NCBI GenBank assembly: GCA_000432275.1
Contig: HF995316.1
Span: 27,676-91,675 of the forward strand
DNA length: 64,000 bases
DNA from: Proteobacteria bacterium CAG:495
GTDB taxonomy: Bacteria > Pseudomonadota > Alphaproteobacteria > RF32 > CAG-239
Reading direction: 5' to 3'
Positions 27,065 to 38,794 of the stretch are shown piece after piece. The translations under genes were made by a program, and so were the position numbers. The notes beneath the pieces are model-generated. The model did not search any database and had not been told where the DNA came from. It saw nothing but the letters and a program-made list of their open reading frames with translations. The stretch's first letter is position 1, and each line of letters opens with the position of its first letter.

Positions 27065-28606
27065 TTAGTCTGCTTTTCTGACCAGCAGGGAGTGCCCTGT
27101 CATTTCTGCAGGTTTTTCAATATGCATCAAATCCAGCATGGTCGGTGCAATATCGGCCAGCCGTCCGTCGTTCATTCGGCAGATGTGCTCCTGACTGTTA
27201 ACCAGAATAGCCGCAACTTTACCGACGGTGTGTGCGGTATAGGGTTCTCCGGTTTTTTCATCAACCATTTTTTCTGCATTGCCGTGGTCTGCGGTAACAA
27301 TCATGACGCCGCCGACTTTTTTGATGGCTGCTTCAACCCGTCCCAGACATTCGTCTACCGCGGCAACCGCTTTAAGGGCTGCTTCCATTATGCCGGTATG
27401 TCCGACCATGTCGCCGTTGGCGTAATTGCAGATAATGGTGTCAAACTTTTTGGATTCGATGGCTTCAACCAGCTTGTCGGTAACTTCATAAACGCTCATT
27501 TCCGGTTTAAGGTCATAAGTTGCCACCTTGGGGCTGGCAATGAGGATTCTTTCTTCGCCTTTGAACTCTTTTTCTTCGCCGCCGTTAAAAAAGAACGTGA
27601 CATGAGCGTATTTTTCGGTTTCGGCAATACGCAGCTGGGTCAGCCCGTGTTCGGCCACCACTTCGCCGAATATGTGGGTCAGAGCCTCCGGCGGAAACAT
27701 CGTGTTCATAAAACGGTTGTGGTCGACGGAATATTCCGTCATGCCGACATGCTTTGAAAACTTAACCTGTTTTTTACGGGCAAAACCGGTGAATTCGGCG
27801 TCAGCCAAAGCATACAGAATTTCTCGGGCGCGGTCGGCGCGGAAATTTGCCATCAAAATGGCGTCGCCGTCTTCCATGCCCTGATAATCGCCGATAACGC
27901 AGGGAATGACAAACTCGTCGGTAACTTTAGCTGCATAAGAGGCCTCAATAGCTTCTTTTGCCGTGGCATAACGCTTGCCCTCGGCAATCAGCATATTGTT
28001 GTAGGCCGCTTCGACGCGGTCCCAGCGTTTGTCTCGGTCCATTGCATAAAAACGGCCTTCGATTGTTGCTATTTTAACATCTTTCAATGCCGCGATTGAT
28101 TTTTCAAAATCGGCTAAAAAGCCTTCAGCCGAAGCCGGCGGCGTGTCGCGTCCGTCTAAAAAGGCATGAACCCAGACTTTGATTCCGTTCTTAGACAGGA
28201 TTTCACACAAGGCAACGATATGGTGCTGGCTGGAGTGAACGCCGCCCGGGGACATCAACCCCATAACGTGAGCAGCTTTTCCGTTAGCCTTCAAAGTGTC
28301 TATCATTTCATTCAGAACCGGGTTCTTTTCTAGGGAACCGTCTTTTATGGATTGGTCGATTCTGGGCAAGTCCTGCATAACGACGCGGCCGGCGCCGAGA
28401 TTGGTGTGTCCGACTTCAGAGTTGCCCATTTGGCCTTCCGGCAGTCCGACCGCCAGTCCGTAGGTTTCCACCAGACAATGCGGATTTTCTTCATACATCC
28501 GATGCCAGTTTGGCGTATGTCCCATTTCAATAGCGTTGTCGGGAGTTTTCGGCTCGCGATAACCCCAGCCGTCCAAAATCATCAACATTACAGGTCTTTG
28601 TGTCAT
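27065..28606 (-). CDS. gpmI: 2,3-bisphosphoglycerate-independent phosphoglycerate mutase
   Basis: MILDGWG..., NSEVGHTNLGAGR and TADHGNAE motifs. 513 aa. Confidence 0.95.
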   Translation of the reverse strand: MTQRPVMLMILDGWGYREPKTPDNAIEMGHTPNWHRMYEENPHCLVETYGLAVGLPEGQMGNSEVGHTNLGAGRVVMQDLPRIDQSIKDGSLEKNPVLNEMIDTLKANGKAAHVMGLMSPGGVHSSQHHIVALCEILSKNGIKVWVHAFLDGRDTPPASAEGFLADFEKSIAALKDVKIATIEGRFYAMDRDKRWDRVEAAYNNMLIAEGKRYATAKEAIEASYAAKVTDEFVIPCVIGDYQGMEDGDAILMANFRADRAREILYALADAEFTGFARKKQVKFSKHVGMTEYSVDHNRFMNTMFPPEALTHIFGEVVAEHGLTQLRIAETEKYAHVTFFFNGGEEKEFKGEERILIASPKVATYDLKPEMSVYEVTDKLVEAIESKKFDTIICNYANGDMVGHTGIMEAALKAVAAVDECLGRVEAAIKKVGGVMIVTADHGNAEKMVDEKTGEPYTAHTVGKVAAILVNSQEHICRMNDGRLADIAPTMLDLMHIEKPAEMTGHSLLVRKAD

Positions 28607-28855
28607 TATTTCCTCACATTCAAATTGTCATCCCGATTTTCTTACGCGGGATATTTTCAAAACTTCTACGTATTATATATAATAATTCGCAAACGAAAAG
28701 CACTATTTTCATTCTTAACCGACTAATCTCAAAGAGCTTGCTCCGATAAGATGAAAGCGGCAAACAACGTTTTGAAAGTATGTTCTGCCACGGCTGAGGT
28801 GTTGCTTTTTGCCGACGGAGCAAAGCTTTTCAACAAATGGTTTTGAACCTTTCTT

Positions 28856-30691
28856 TTATTCGGCAGCTTGAGCGGCCATCATAATTTTTTTCCAGATTTC
28901 GGCAGGCAGACCCGAACCGTAAACGCCTTTCATCGGGCTGTCGTCGTCATTGCCGAGCCATACGGCGCAGATTAAGTCTTCCGTAAAGCCCACAAACCAG
29001 GCGTCGCGGTTGTCCTGTGATGTTCCGGTTTTTCCTGCGGCAAAGAAGGGCAGGGCGGCACGCTTGCCGGTTCCGCCTTTAAGCACCTTGGACAGCATCT
29101 GCGTCAATTCTTCCGCATCGCCGCCGTCGATGATTCTCATCTTGTCGTCTCCGCCACGTTGATAAAGCTGATAACCGTCTTTGCTGTAGATTTCTTTGAT
29201 AGCATGCGGCCAGGTGGAAAATCCGCCGTTGGCAATGACCGAATATGCCGCCGCCATGTCAATGACCTTTACTTCAAACGTTCCCAATGCCAGCGAGGGT
29301 GTATTTTGTATCGGGGTGGTTATTCCCATTTTCCGGGCATTCCGGATGATTTTGTTTCTCGGCAGTTGCTCGGTCAGATTGATGGTTGCCAGATTGAGAG
29401 ATTTCGCCAGTGCATATTTGAGCGTGACTTCGCCATAGTATTTTTTATCGGAGTTTTCAGGGCGCCAGCTGCCGATGGAAAGCGGTGCGTCCATTACCTT
29501 GTCTTCCGGTTTCCATCCCTGTTGCAGGGCAGTCAGATAAACAAAGGGTTTAAATGCCGAACCCGGTTGACGCAGAGCCTGTGTTGCCCGGTTAAACTGG
29601 CTCTTGTTGTAGTTTACGCCGCCGACCATGGCTTTTACCGCGCCGTTTTTATCCAGGACCACAACGGCACCCTGGGTAACGTTACGGTTCTGATTGGCCT
29701 CGACCGTTTCTCTTAAAATCCGTGAAGCGGCCTCTTGAATATGTTGATCCAATGTTGTCATCACATAAATGTCGCTGTCTCGTTCGCCGATATAATCGTT
29801 AACCTCGTTGTAAACCCAGTCGGCAAAATAATTGGCATCTTCGACTTTGTAGTTTTTTTCTTTACCTAACCTCATCGTCAGGGCTTCGTCTCTTTCCTCA
29901 GGGGTAATGGTGCGGTTGCTGACCATATTTTGCAGTACAACTTTTGCTCTTTCCATGGTTCTTTCTTTGGAGGCAATCGGATTATAGCGCGACGGAGCTT
30001 TGAGCATACCGGCAATAATGGCCGCTTCCAAAAGGTTAAGGTCGCGCGACGATTTTTGAAAATACTTTTGGCTGGCGGCTTCAATGCCGTATGTTCCCGC
30101 CCCCAGATAGACCCTGTTAAGGTAAAGGGTCAGAATTTGCTCTTTGCTGAACTTATGTTCAAGCCAAAATGCCAGCAGCAGTTCCTGGGTCTTGCGCTTG
30201 ATGCTCTTTTGCGAAGTCAGAAAAAGGTTTTTTGCCACCTGTTGGGTAATGGTGCTGCCGCCCTGAGCGTATCTGCCGGCAAAGACGTTGGCAATCATTG
30301 CCCGGGTAAACGAAATGATGTCAAAGCCGAAATGCCCGTAAAACCGCCGGTCTTCGGTGGAAACGATGGCGTCGATGACATACTGCGGCAGTTCTTCCGA
30401 ACGGATGACTTCTGAATAAACCGTGCCGAAAGTCTGTACTTCGTTACCGTTTTCGGCAATAATGGTCGTCGAAGGTTGGCGCGTGCGCGAAACCGCTTCG
30501 TTGATATCCGGCAGCGTAAAAAAACAATAGATCAGATAAATTAATAAAGTTATCACCAGCAATCCAAAAAATTTTAGGAGTCGCATCCGATTCTTAAAAC
30601 GTTGTTTTGACTCTCTTTTTTTAGTTTTTTTTCTTTTTTTCTGAGCTTTAGCCACGATTCGCGTCCTTTTCTTCCTTGCCTCGATTCGCAA
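28856..30691 (-). CDS. Class A (bifunctional glycosyltransferase/transpeptidase) penicillin-binding protein, PBP1A family
   Basis: GT51 motifs EDRRFYGHFG and GGSTITQQ. Transpeptidase motifs SAFKP and KTGTS. The start is uncertain: TTG at 30691 gives a polybasic tail, with an alternative ATG at 30586. Confidence 0.85.
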   Translation of the reverse strand: MRIEARKKRTRIVAKAQKKRKKTKKRESKQRFKNRMRLLKFFGLLVITLLIYLIYCFFTLPDINEAVSRTRQPSTTIIAENGNEVQTFGTVYSEVIRSEELPQYVIDAIVSTEDRRFYGHFGFDIISFTRAMIANVFAGRYAQGGSTITQQVAKNLFLTSQKSIKRKTQELLLAFWLEHKFSKEQILTLYLNRVYLGAGTYGIEAASQKYFQKSSRDLNLLEAAIIAGMLKAPSRYNPIASKERTMERAKVVLQNMVSNRTITPEERDEALTMRLGKEKNYKVEDANYFADWVYNEVNDYIGERDSDIYVMTTLDQHIQEAASRILRETVEANQNRNVTQGAVVVLDKNGAVKAMVGGVNYNKSQFNRATQALRQPGSAFKPFVYLTALQQGWKPEDKVMDAPLSIGSWRPENSDKKYYGEVTLKYALAKSLNLATINLTEQLPRNKIIRNARKMGITTPIQNTPSLALGTFEVKVIDMAAAYSVIANGGFSTWPHAIKEIYSKDGYQLYQRGGDDKMRIIDGGDAEELTQMLSKVLKGGTGKRAALPFFAAGKTGTSQDNRDAWFVGFTEDLICAVWLGNDDDSPMKGVYGSGLPAEIWKKIMMAAQAAE

Positions 30692-30744
30692 TTTGTTTTA
30701 AAAATTAAATTATTCAGTAACATAAATAAGTTAAGGAAGATTTT

Positions 30745-30945
30745 ATGATCAATGTTTCGGTAACGATCAGTGAGGATTTGAACAGAAAAATCGCAGCCAT
30801 TGCAGCCAAAAGCGGCAAAACGGTTGATGATTGTATTGCTCTTGCGCTGCGTGATTACATTGACAATTACGAAGACGTTTATAAAACCGATTTGTGTTCG
30901 GTTGACAGTCTTGAGCGCTCTTTCTTTTTATCTATTGGCGAATAA
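30745..30945 (+). CDS. Ribbon-helix-helix (CopG/antitoxin-like) protein, no partner toxin gene
   Basis: 66 aa. The N-terminal beta-strand (INVSVTISEDL) followed by two helices (RKIAAIAAKSGKTVDDCIALALRDYIDNYED) is the RHH pattern. SD AAGGAAG upstream. Confidence 0.6.
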   Translation: MINVSVTISEDLNRKIAAIAAKSGKTVDDCIALALRDYIDNYEDVYKTDLCSVDSLERSFFLSIGE

Positions 30946-31022
30946 GCTTTCATCCGCTATATTTATTTTGCCGCCCGGTCTGCAAGACAGTTGCCGGGTG
31001 TCGCTGATTAAGGAAAAATGCC

Positions 31023-33836
31023 ATGTCCCACAAAATCTGCCTGATAGACGGTTCCGGTTATATCTTTCGCGCTTTTTACGGTTTGCCGCCGTTGACCGCG
31101 CCGGATGGTACGCCCGTAAATGCGGTTTATGGCTTTACCAATATGTTTTTAAAACTGACCTCAAAAATCCCCTGTGAATATTGTTTGGTTCTCTTTGACG
31201 CCAAACGGCAGAATTTCCGTAACGATATTTTTCCCGACTACAAAGGCACGCGTAAAGAAATTCCCGAAGATTTGATTCCTCAGTTCTCCATCATCCGCGA
31301 AGCGGTAGAAGCGCTGAACCTTCATCACCTGGAAATGGAGGGATATGAGGCGGACGACCTGATTGCCACTTATGCCAATATGGCGCTGGCTCAAGGGCTT
31401 GAGGTTGTTATTGTTTCCGGCGACAAGGATTTGATGCAGCTTATTCGTCCCGGCGTCGAATTCTATGATCCGATGAAAGACAAGTTCTTTTCGCCGGAAG
31501 ACGTTAAAGAAAAATTCGGCGTTTATCCGGAACAGGTTGTCGATGTGCAGGCTTTGGCCGGAGACACCACCGACAACATTCCCGGCATTCCTGGCATTGG
31601 TCTGAAAACGGCCGCGCAGCTTGTCAACGACTTTGGGTCGTTGGAAGGCGTTTTGACCAAAGCCGGGGAGATTAAACAAAACAAGCGTCGCGAAACTATC
31701 CTCGCAAATATTGAAAATGCCCGTATATCTCTTCAGCTGGTGACGCTGCGCGGCGACGTTCCCGTCGGCCATCGGATTGCCGAATACAAATGCCTGCCTC
31801 CCGAAATGGCAAAACTTGACCGCTTCATAGAAACTTACGGTTTTCGTTCAATCCGGCCAAGGCTTGAGAAATGGGTGCTTGAACGCTGTAATAAGATAGC
31901 GTGCCAAGACTCTGAAAACACTGTATTTAAATCTTCGGAAGCGGAGAGTGAAAACAGTGTATTTAAATCACCTGAGAACGCTGTATTTAAACAGCCGGAA
32001 AAAAGTTATGAACTGATTCAGACAGAGGCCAAGCTGAAATACTGGGTTGATTTGATTTATAAAAGCCACGTTTGCTCGATAGCTGCGGCTTATAACGGCC
32101 CGGATCCGGTCTTTGACAATATTGTCGGTCTTGCTGTCGCCGTCAATTCCGGAAAGGCCGCATACATTCCTTTTGCGCACGGCGCGGAGCATGATAATAT
32201 GGATTTGTTTGCAGAAAATCGCAGCGTAAGCCAGTTGTCCGAAGAAACCCTGAAACGGTATCTGAAACCTTTGCTGTCGGATAAATCCGTTCTCAAAATC
32301 GGTCATAACATCAAGACGTCTATGCACTTTATTGCCAAGTTTTTGGGAACAGGGACCGATTTCTTCCCTCTGGAAGATATTGCCGTCCTTTCTTATGATT
32401 TGGACAGTTCCGAGCACGGACATGCCTTGGACGAACTTTGCGGATTGTTTTTGGATATTACTCCGCAGAAGTTTGAAGAGCTTACCGGCACCGGTAAAAA
32501 TAAAATACCTTTTGACAAGGTCGGCATTGAACAGGCGATGGATTATATGGCTGCCCGGGCCGACTATGCGCTGCGCCTTTACCATATCCTGAAACCGCGT
32601 CTGATTGCCGAACAAAAAGTCGGTGTTTACGAAAATTTTGATCGGCCGCTGCTAAAGACGCTTTATGCGATGGAAGAACGCGGAGTTATGGTAAACGCTA
32701 AAGCTTTGCAGGAGCTCAGCATTTACTTTGACAGCGAAATCCGCCAAATAGAAGCCCGGATTTTTGAGCTTGCCGGCGAAGAGTTTAATGTCGGCTCGCC
32801 CAAGCAGATTGGTGAAATTTTGTTCGACCGGCAGGGACTGAAGGGCAAAAAAACGCCTACCGGCGCCTGGCAGACCGGCGCTGATGTCCTGGAACAGCTT
32901 GCCGAACAGGGAATAGAACTGGCTCAAAAGATTCTTGACTGGCGCGAATTCAGCAAGCTGAAGTCAACCTATAGTGATGCGCTGTCTGCGTTGCTTGATA
33001 AGGATAATCGCATCCATACGACCTATAATCAGTTTGTTGCCAATACCGGACGCCTGGCTTCCAATAACCCTAATCTTCAGAATATTCCCATCCGCAGTGA
33101 GCAAGGGAAGAAAATACGGGCTTGCTTTATTGCCAGACCGGGACACAAGATTATTTCGTCTGACTACTCGCAGGTGGAGCTGCGTTTGCTGGCGTCGGTC
33201 GCTGATGTCAAAAATTTGAAAAAAGCTTTTGCCGACGGCATCGATATTCATTCGGCCACGGCTTCTCATGTGTTCGGCGTTCCGGTTGATAAGGTCGATG
33301 CTAACCTGCGTCGTCACGCTAAGGCAATCAACTTTGGAATCGTTTACGGCATATCCCAATATGGACTGGCCAAAAATATCGGCGTCAGCTCTGATGAAGC
33401 GAAAGCTTATATCGACGCCTATTTTGCGCAAATGCCTGAAATCAAACAATATATGGAGAAAACAATCGCTTTTGCCCGCAAACACGGTTATGTCTTAACG
33501 CCTTTCGGACGTAAATGTTCGGTTTTGGGGATTAATGATAAAAACAAGCGTCTGGCGGCAAATGCCGAGCGTGCGGCAATCAATGCCCCGATTCAGGGCG
33601 GTGCCGCAGATATTATCAAGCTGGCGATGAATAAAGTTGAGTTTGAACTCGCCAGACAGGGATACAAAACAAAAATGCTTCTTCAGGTTCACGATGAACT
33701 TGTTTTTGAAGCACCCGATGATGAGGTTGAAGCTGTCAGCCGCCTCGTAAAGGAAATTATGGAGAACGTCGTTGATTACGAAGTTCCCTTTACTGCGGAA
33801 GTAGGCGTCGGAACCAACTGGGCCGAAGCGCACTAA
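31023..33836 (+). CDS. polA: DNA polymerase I
   Basis: 5' nuclease domain (LIDGSGYIFRAFY), 3'-5' exonuclease region and polymerase motifs (DYSQVELRLLA, RRHAKAINFGIVYG, QVHDELVFE). Confidence 0.95.
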   Translation: MSHKICLIDGSGYIFRAFYGLPPLTAPDGTPVNAVYGFTNMFLKLTSKIPCEYCLVLFDAKRQNFRNDIFPDYKGTRKEIPEDLIPQFSIIREAVEALNLHHLEMEGYEADDLIATYANMALAQGLEVVIVSGDKDLMQLIRPGVEFYDPMKDKFFSPEDVKEKFGVYPEQVVDVQALAGDTTDNIPGIPGIGLKTAAQLVNDFGSLEGVLTKAGEIKQNKRRETILANIENARISLQLVTLRGDVPVGHRIAEYKCLPPEMAKLDRFIETYGFRSIRPRLEKWVLERCNKIACQDSENTVFKSSEAESENSVFKSPENAVFKQPEKSYELIQTEAKLKYWVDLIYKSHVCSIAAAYNGPDPVFDNIVGLAVAVNSGKAAYIPFAHGAEHDNMDLFAENRSVSQLSEETLKRYLKPLLSDKSVLKIGHNIKTSMHFIAKFLGTGTDFFPLEDIAVLSYDLDSSEHGHALDELCGLFLDITPQKFEELTGTGKNKIPFDKVGIEQAMDYMAARADYALRLYHILKPRLIAEQKVGVYENFDRPLLKTLYAMEERGVMVNAKALQELSIYFDSEIRQIEARIFELAGEEFNVGSPKQIGEILFDRQGLKGKKTPTGAWQTGADVLEQLAEQGIELAQKILDWREFSKLKSTYSDALSALLDKDNRIHTTYNQFVANTGRLASNNPNLQNIPIRSEQGKKIRACFIARPGHKIISSDYSQVELRLLASVADVKNLKKAFADGIDIHSATASHVFGVPVDKVDANLRRHAKAINFGIVYGISQYGLAKNIGVSSDEAKAYIDAYFAQMPEIKQYMEKTIAFARKHGYVLTPFGRKCSVLGINDKNKRLAANAERAAINAPIQGGAADIIKLAMNKVEFELARQGYKTKMLLQVHDELVFEAPDDEVEAVSRLVKEIMENVVDYEVPFTAEVGVGTNWAEAH
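31914..31992 (+). repeat. Three imperfect direct repeats (GAAAACNSTGTATTTAAA) inside the polA interdomain linker
   Basis: gaaaacactgtatttaaatc (31914), gaaaacagtgtatttaaatc (31950) and gagaacgctgtatttaaac (31974), encoding ENTVFKS / ENSVFKS / ENAVFKQ. Confidence 0.8.
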
Positions 33837-33911
33837 CTCGCGGAACAAGGTAAAAAAAGATAACATAATTATATGAGGCGGCTACCAATTCTTGGTTATG
33901 TTTTCTAACAT

Positions 33912-33973
33912 CCGGAATCCTTCCGGTATTTGTCCGGTTCTTTGCGGCGACAACTTCCGCAATCCGGACTTTT
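33912..33973 (+). terminator. Tandem hairpins downstream of polA (candidate terminators)
   Basis: CCGGAAtccTTCCGG followed by tatttgt. Then GTCCGG..GCGG..CCGC..CCGGAC followed by tttt. Confidence 0.4.
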
Positions 33974-34086
33974 AACCTCAATATACCAAAATTAATAACA
34001 AAGCTTTGTGAACAATCAATCTGCAGTCTTAATTGTTTGTCTGAATTCTAAAGATATAAAAGTTAAAAAATTATTACTCGAAAAGT

Positions 34087-34212
34087 GAATCAATCCAGCG
34101 ATTCGCTGCAAATACAAGCCTGGATTCGTTTTGCCGCGGATAAAAATTTTTTTTTCGATTCGACGATTTGAGCGGAAATTATTTTTAGAATCCTGAAATC
34201 TGACAAAGACTC
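34087..34212. other. GANTC-dense AT-rich non-coding patch (six sites)
   Basis: GAATC 34087, GATTC 34100, GATTC 34123, GATTC 34157, GAATC 34188, GACTC 34208. The patch includes an A5T9 tract at about 34142-34155. Confidence 0.7.
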
Positions 34213-34222
34213 GTAATTTTAA

Positions 34223-34265
34223 TAAAAAAAATCCCTTGTTCCTAAAAGGGAAAAGGGATTTTTCT
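34223..34265. terminator. Bidirectional intrinsic terminator below the 98-aa ORF
   Basis: aaaaaaaATCCCTTgttcctaaaagggaaAAGGGATtttt, with an alternative inner stem CCCTT/AAGGG. Confidence 0.6.
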
Positions 34266-34283
34266 GTGTAAGACTGTTTTTCT

Positions 34284-34580
34284 CTAAATTTCTACCATAT
34301 CTTTTACCGGAGCTGAGTTGCCCTTGTAATTGGCTTCAATTCCCAGCGAAAGGTTTTTTATTCCGCTTAGCCTTCCTGTCGAGATATCGAATTGCAAATC
34401 CACTTCATGCCCGATACGGGTATGGACAAGAACGCCGAAAAGGTTGCGTTCGTAGCAGCCGTCTATAACGAAATAATTGTTGGTTGTCTGTTTGCCTGTT
34501 GATGTAGTCTCAAAAATAACGGAAATAAAAGGCACGTCTTTTACCGAGTATCTTTCGATACCTTTAATAATCTGTTTCAT
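34284..34580 (-). CDS. Hypothetical small protein (98 aa, predicted beta-rich)
   Basis: Isolated ORF with its own terminator in an AT-rich intergenic islet. No SD and no recognised domain. Confidence 0.4.
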   Translation of the reverse strand: MKQIIKGIERYSVKDVPFISVIFETTSTGKQTTNNYFVIDGCYERNLFGVLVHTRIGHEVDLQFDISTGRLSGIKNLSLGIEANYKGNSAPVKDMVEI

Positions 34581-34751
34581 ACTAATTTTTTTTATTTAAT
34601 TGATTAATAATTTTTGCAAATTAGCATCATTTTAGCTTAATTCGGCACTGTTGTCTAGACAAAATGGTCTAAAAGTTTTCTGCCCTTTTCAAACCGCTGT
34701 TTTTAACCCGTTTTTTTATTACCAAAGTATTGGAAAACTTTGTTTTTTGGC

Positions 34752-34780
34752 TTGGTAAATAATACAAATCGTAGTATATT
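34752..34780 (+). promoter_or_regulatory. Candidate sigma70 promoter for gyrB
   Basis: TTGGTA-N17-TATATT, about 45 nt upstream of the gyrB ATG. Confidence 0.4.
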
Positions 34781-34805
34781 TTCCCCAACTGAAATTTGTT
34801 ACTAA

Positions 34806-37268
<2,463 letters not shown>

Positions 37269-37276
37269 TTCTCAGT

Positions 37277-37310
37277 TAAAAACCCCGAAGTTTCAAGCTT
37301 CGGGGTTTTT
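37277..37310. terminator. Bidirectional intrinsic terminator (gyrB / nadE)
   Basis: aaaaaCCCCGAAGtttcaaGCTTCGGGGttttt. Confidence 0.8.
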
Positions 37311-37355
37311 ATGAATTTGTTTCATACCGAAAGTAACGCAAAACGTTGTCAAAAG

Positions 37356-38135
37356 CTAGAGCTTGATTGTCGGCGGCAATTGTTGGCGTTTAAATGCCTG
37401 TGACTGGTATCTTTTAATAATCCATTCGGTAGTAACTGCATCATAACCTTCTGCGGCGATTTCGGCTGCGCTCAGATGACGGTCGAGGTACAACTCCAAA
37501 ATCTTGTCCAGAACTTTATACGGGGGCAGGGTGTCTTCGTCTTTCTGATTTGCGGATAATTCCGCGCTGGGAGCCCTGATAATTACCTCCATCGGCAGCA
37601 CCTGGCCCTGTTCGTTACGCCATTTCGCCAGCTCAAAAATCTGGCTTTTGTAAAGCTCTCCGATTGGAGCCAATCCCCCGCAGGTATCGCCGTAAAGCGT
37701 ACAATATCCCATGGCAATTTCGGATTTGTTGCCGCAGGCCAGAAGCAAATAGCCGTCCTGGTTTGATTCTGCCATTAAGATTAATCCGCGTATCCGGGCT
37801 TGTAGATTTTCCCGCACAATATTTTTCAACGGTGCGTCCATAATCAGTTCCAGAGACTTCTCCATATTGTCGACGTCAGGCTGGATATTTATTTCCTTAA
37901 AGTTTAACTTGTTCATGGAGGCTATTTTGCGGGCAATCTGCAAACTCAGGCTTGAAGTGTTTTTCGTATACATCATCAGGGCGTGTACATGTTCGGCTCC
38001 CAGGGCATCCATGGCCGCAATCGCCGTAACGGCGGAATCCAGTCCGCCGGAAAGGCCCAAAACCACGTCTTCAAAACCGTTGTTGCGGCAGTATTGACGA
38101 ATTCCGTTTGTCAGATTCTTCCAAATTTCCTGCAT
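37356..38135 (-). CDS. nadE: NH3-dependent NAD+ synthetase
   Basis: PP-loop SGGLDS, 259 aa, typical NadE sequence. Confidence 0.9.
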   Translation of the reverse strand: MQEIWKNLTNGIRQYCRNNGFEDVVLGLSGGLDSAVTAIAAMDALGAEHVHALMMYTKNTSSLSLQIARKIASMNKLNFKEINIQPDVDNMEKSLELIMDAPLKNIVRENLQARIRGLILMAESNQDGYLLLACGNKSEIAMGYCTLYGDTCGGLAPIGELYKSQIFELAKWRNEQGQVLPMEVIIRAPSAELSANQKDEDTLPPYKVLDKILELYLDRHLSAAEIAAEGYDAVTTEWIIKRYQSQAFKRQQLPPTIKL

Positions 38136-38668
38136 CAGAGTTCTCCTTTTTTGGGGCTTAAATATTCTTCGATAAAATGATAGTTAAGCGGATGAACGAA
38201 ATTTTTCCAACGCCGGTCGCCGATAGTCATCATATCGCGCACCATGCTTCCTGAAACGTAAGGAAAGTCTGGATTGGTCCGGTCAATACACTCGATATGC
38301 TCAAAACAAGGGGTAAACCATTGAGCGTCATAAGGGCTCCCTGCGTAATAAACGTCCGGCGTTCCCCATTCCGGCATATTTTCGCGCATAAAATCGAGGA
38401 CGAAGTCAGCCCATTGCGTCGGATTGTTGATGTCAAACAGACCCATAACCTTAAGTCTTGCCGTTTCATTTTGAAAAATATTTAAAATCATTTGCTTGCG
38501 GGTAAGATAGGTAAAGGGGTTTCTGGCGGTTCCTTGTTCTTGAATAGAACCCAGAATGACCGTAACCCGGGCGCATTTTTCAAGCATGTCGCGCAATACC
38601 CGTTCGTGTCCGATATGCAGCGGCTGCGCCCGCATAACCACTAGTCCGTGTTGATATTGATAAGACAT
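38135..38668 (-). CDS. Nicotinamide/nicotinate mononucleotide adenylyltransferase-like cytidylyltransferase (NadM/NadR-type)
   Basis: HxGH-type motif MRAQPLHIGH near the N-terminus, 177 aa, translationally coupled to nadE. Confidence 0.7.
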   Translation of the reverse strand: MSYQYQHGLVVMRAQPLHIGHERVLRDMLEKCARVTVILGSIQEQGTARNPFTYLTRKQMILNIFQNETARLKVMGLFDINNPTQWADFVLDFMRENMPEWGTPDVYYAGSPYDAQWFTPCFEHIECIDRTNPDFPYVSGSMVRDMMTIGDRRWKNFVHPLNYHFIEEYLSPKKGEL

Positions 38669-38794
38669 CGGCGCCTTCCTTTCAAATTACCAAAATTATG
38701 ACCGTAAACTTGGAAAAAAGCAAATACAATTTATATTGACTCTGCCTGCTTATGAATTAAACTTAAACCTCAACCAACTAAAGGCCTTTGTCTT

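Noticed and set aside
30800-31177. 125-aa ORF bridging the RHH gene and polA.
   Set aside because: It overlaps both better-supported genes out of frame and has no SD or recognisable motif.
33858-33885. dif-like sequence (GATAACATAA TTATAT ...) downstream of polA.
   Set aside because: Only the XerD-arm half matches (9 of 11). The other arm (GAGGCGGCTAC) shows no similarity or dyad symmetry, so it is not a credible XerCD site.
33911-33967. TCCGG repeated at 11-bp phasing, which looked iteron-like.
   Set aside because: The copies pair as hairpin arms (CCGGAA/TTCCGG and GTCCGG/CCGGAC) followed by T-rich tracts. Tandem polA terminators explain them better.
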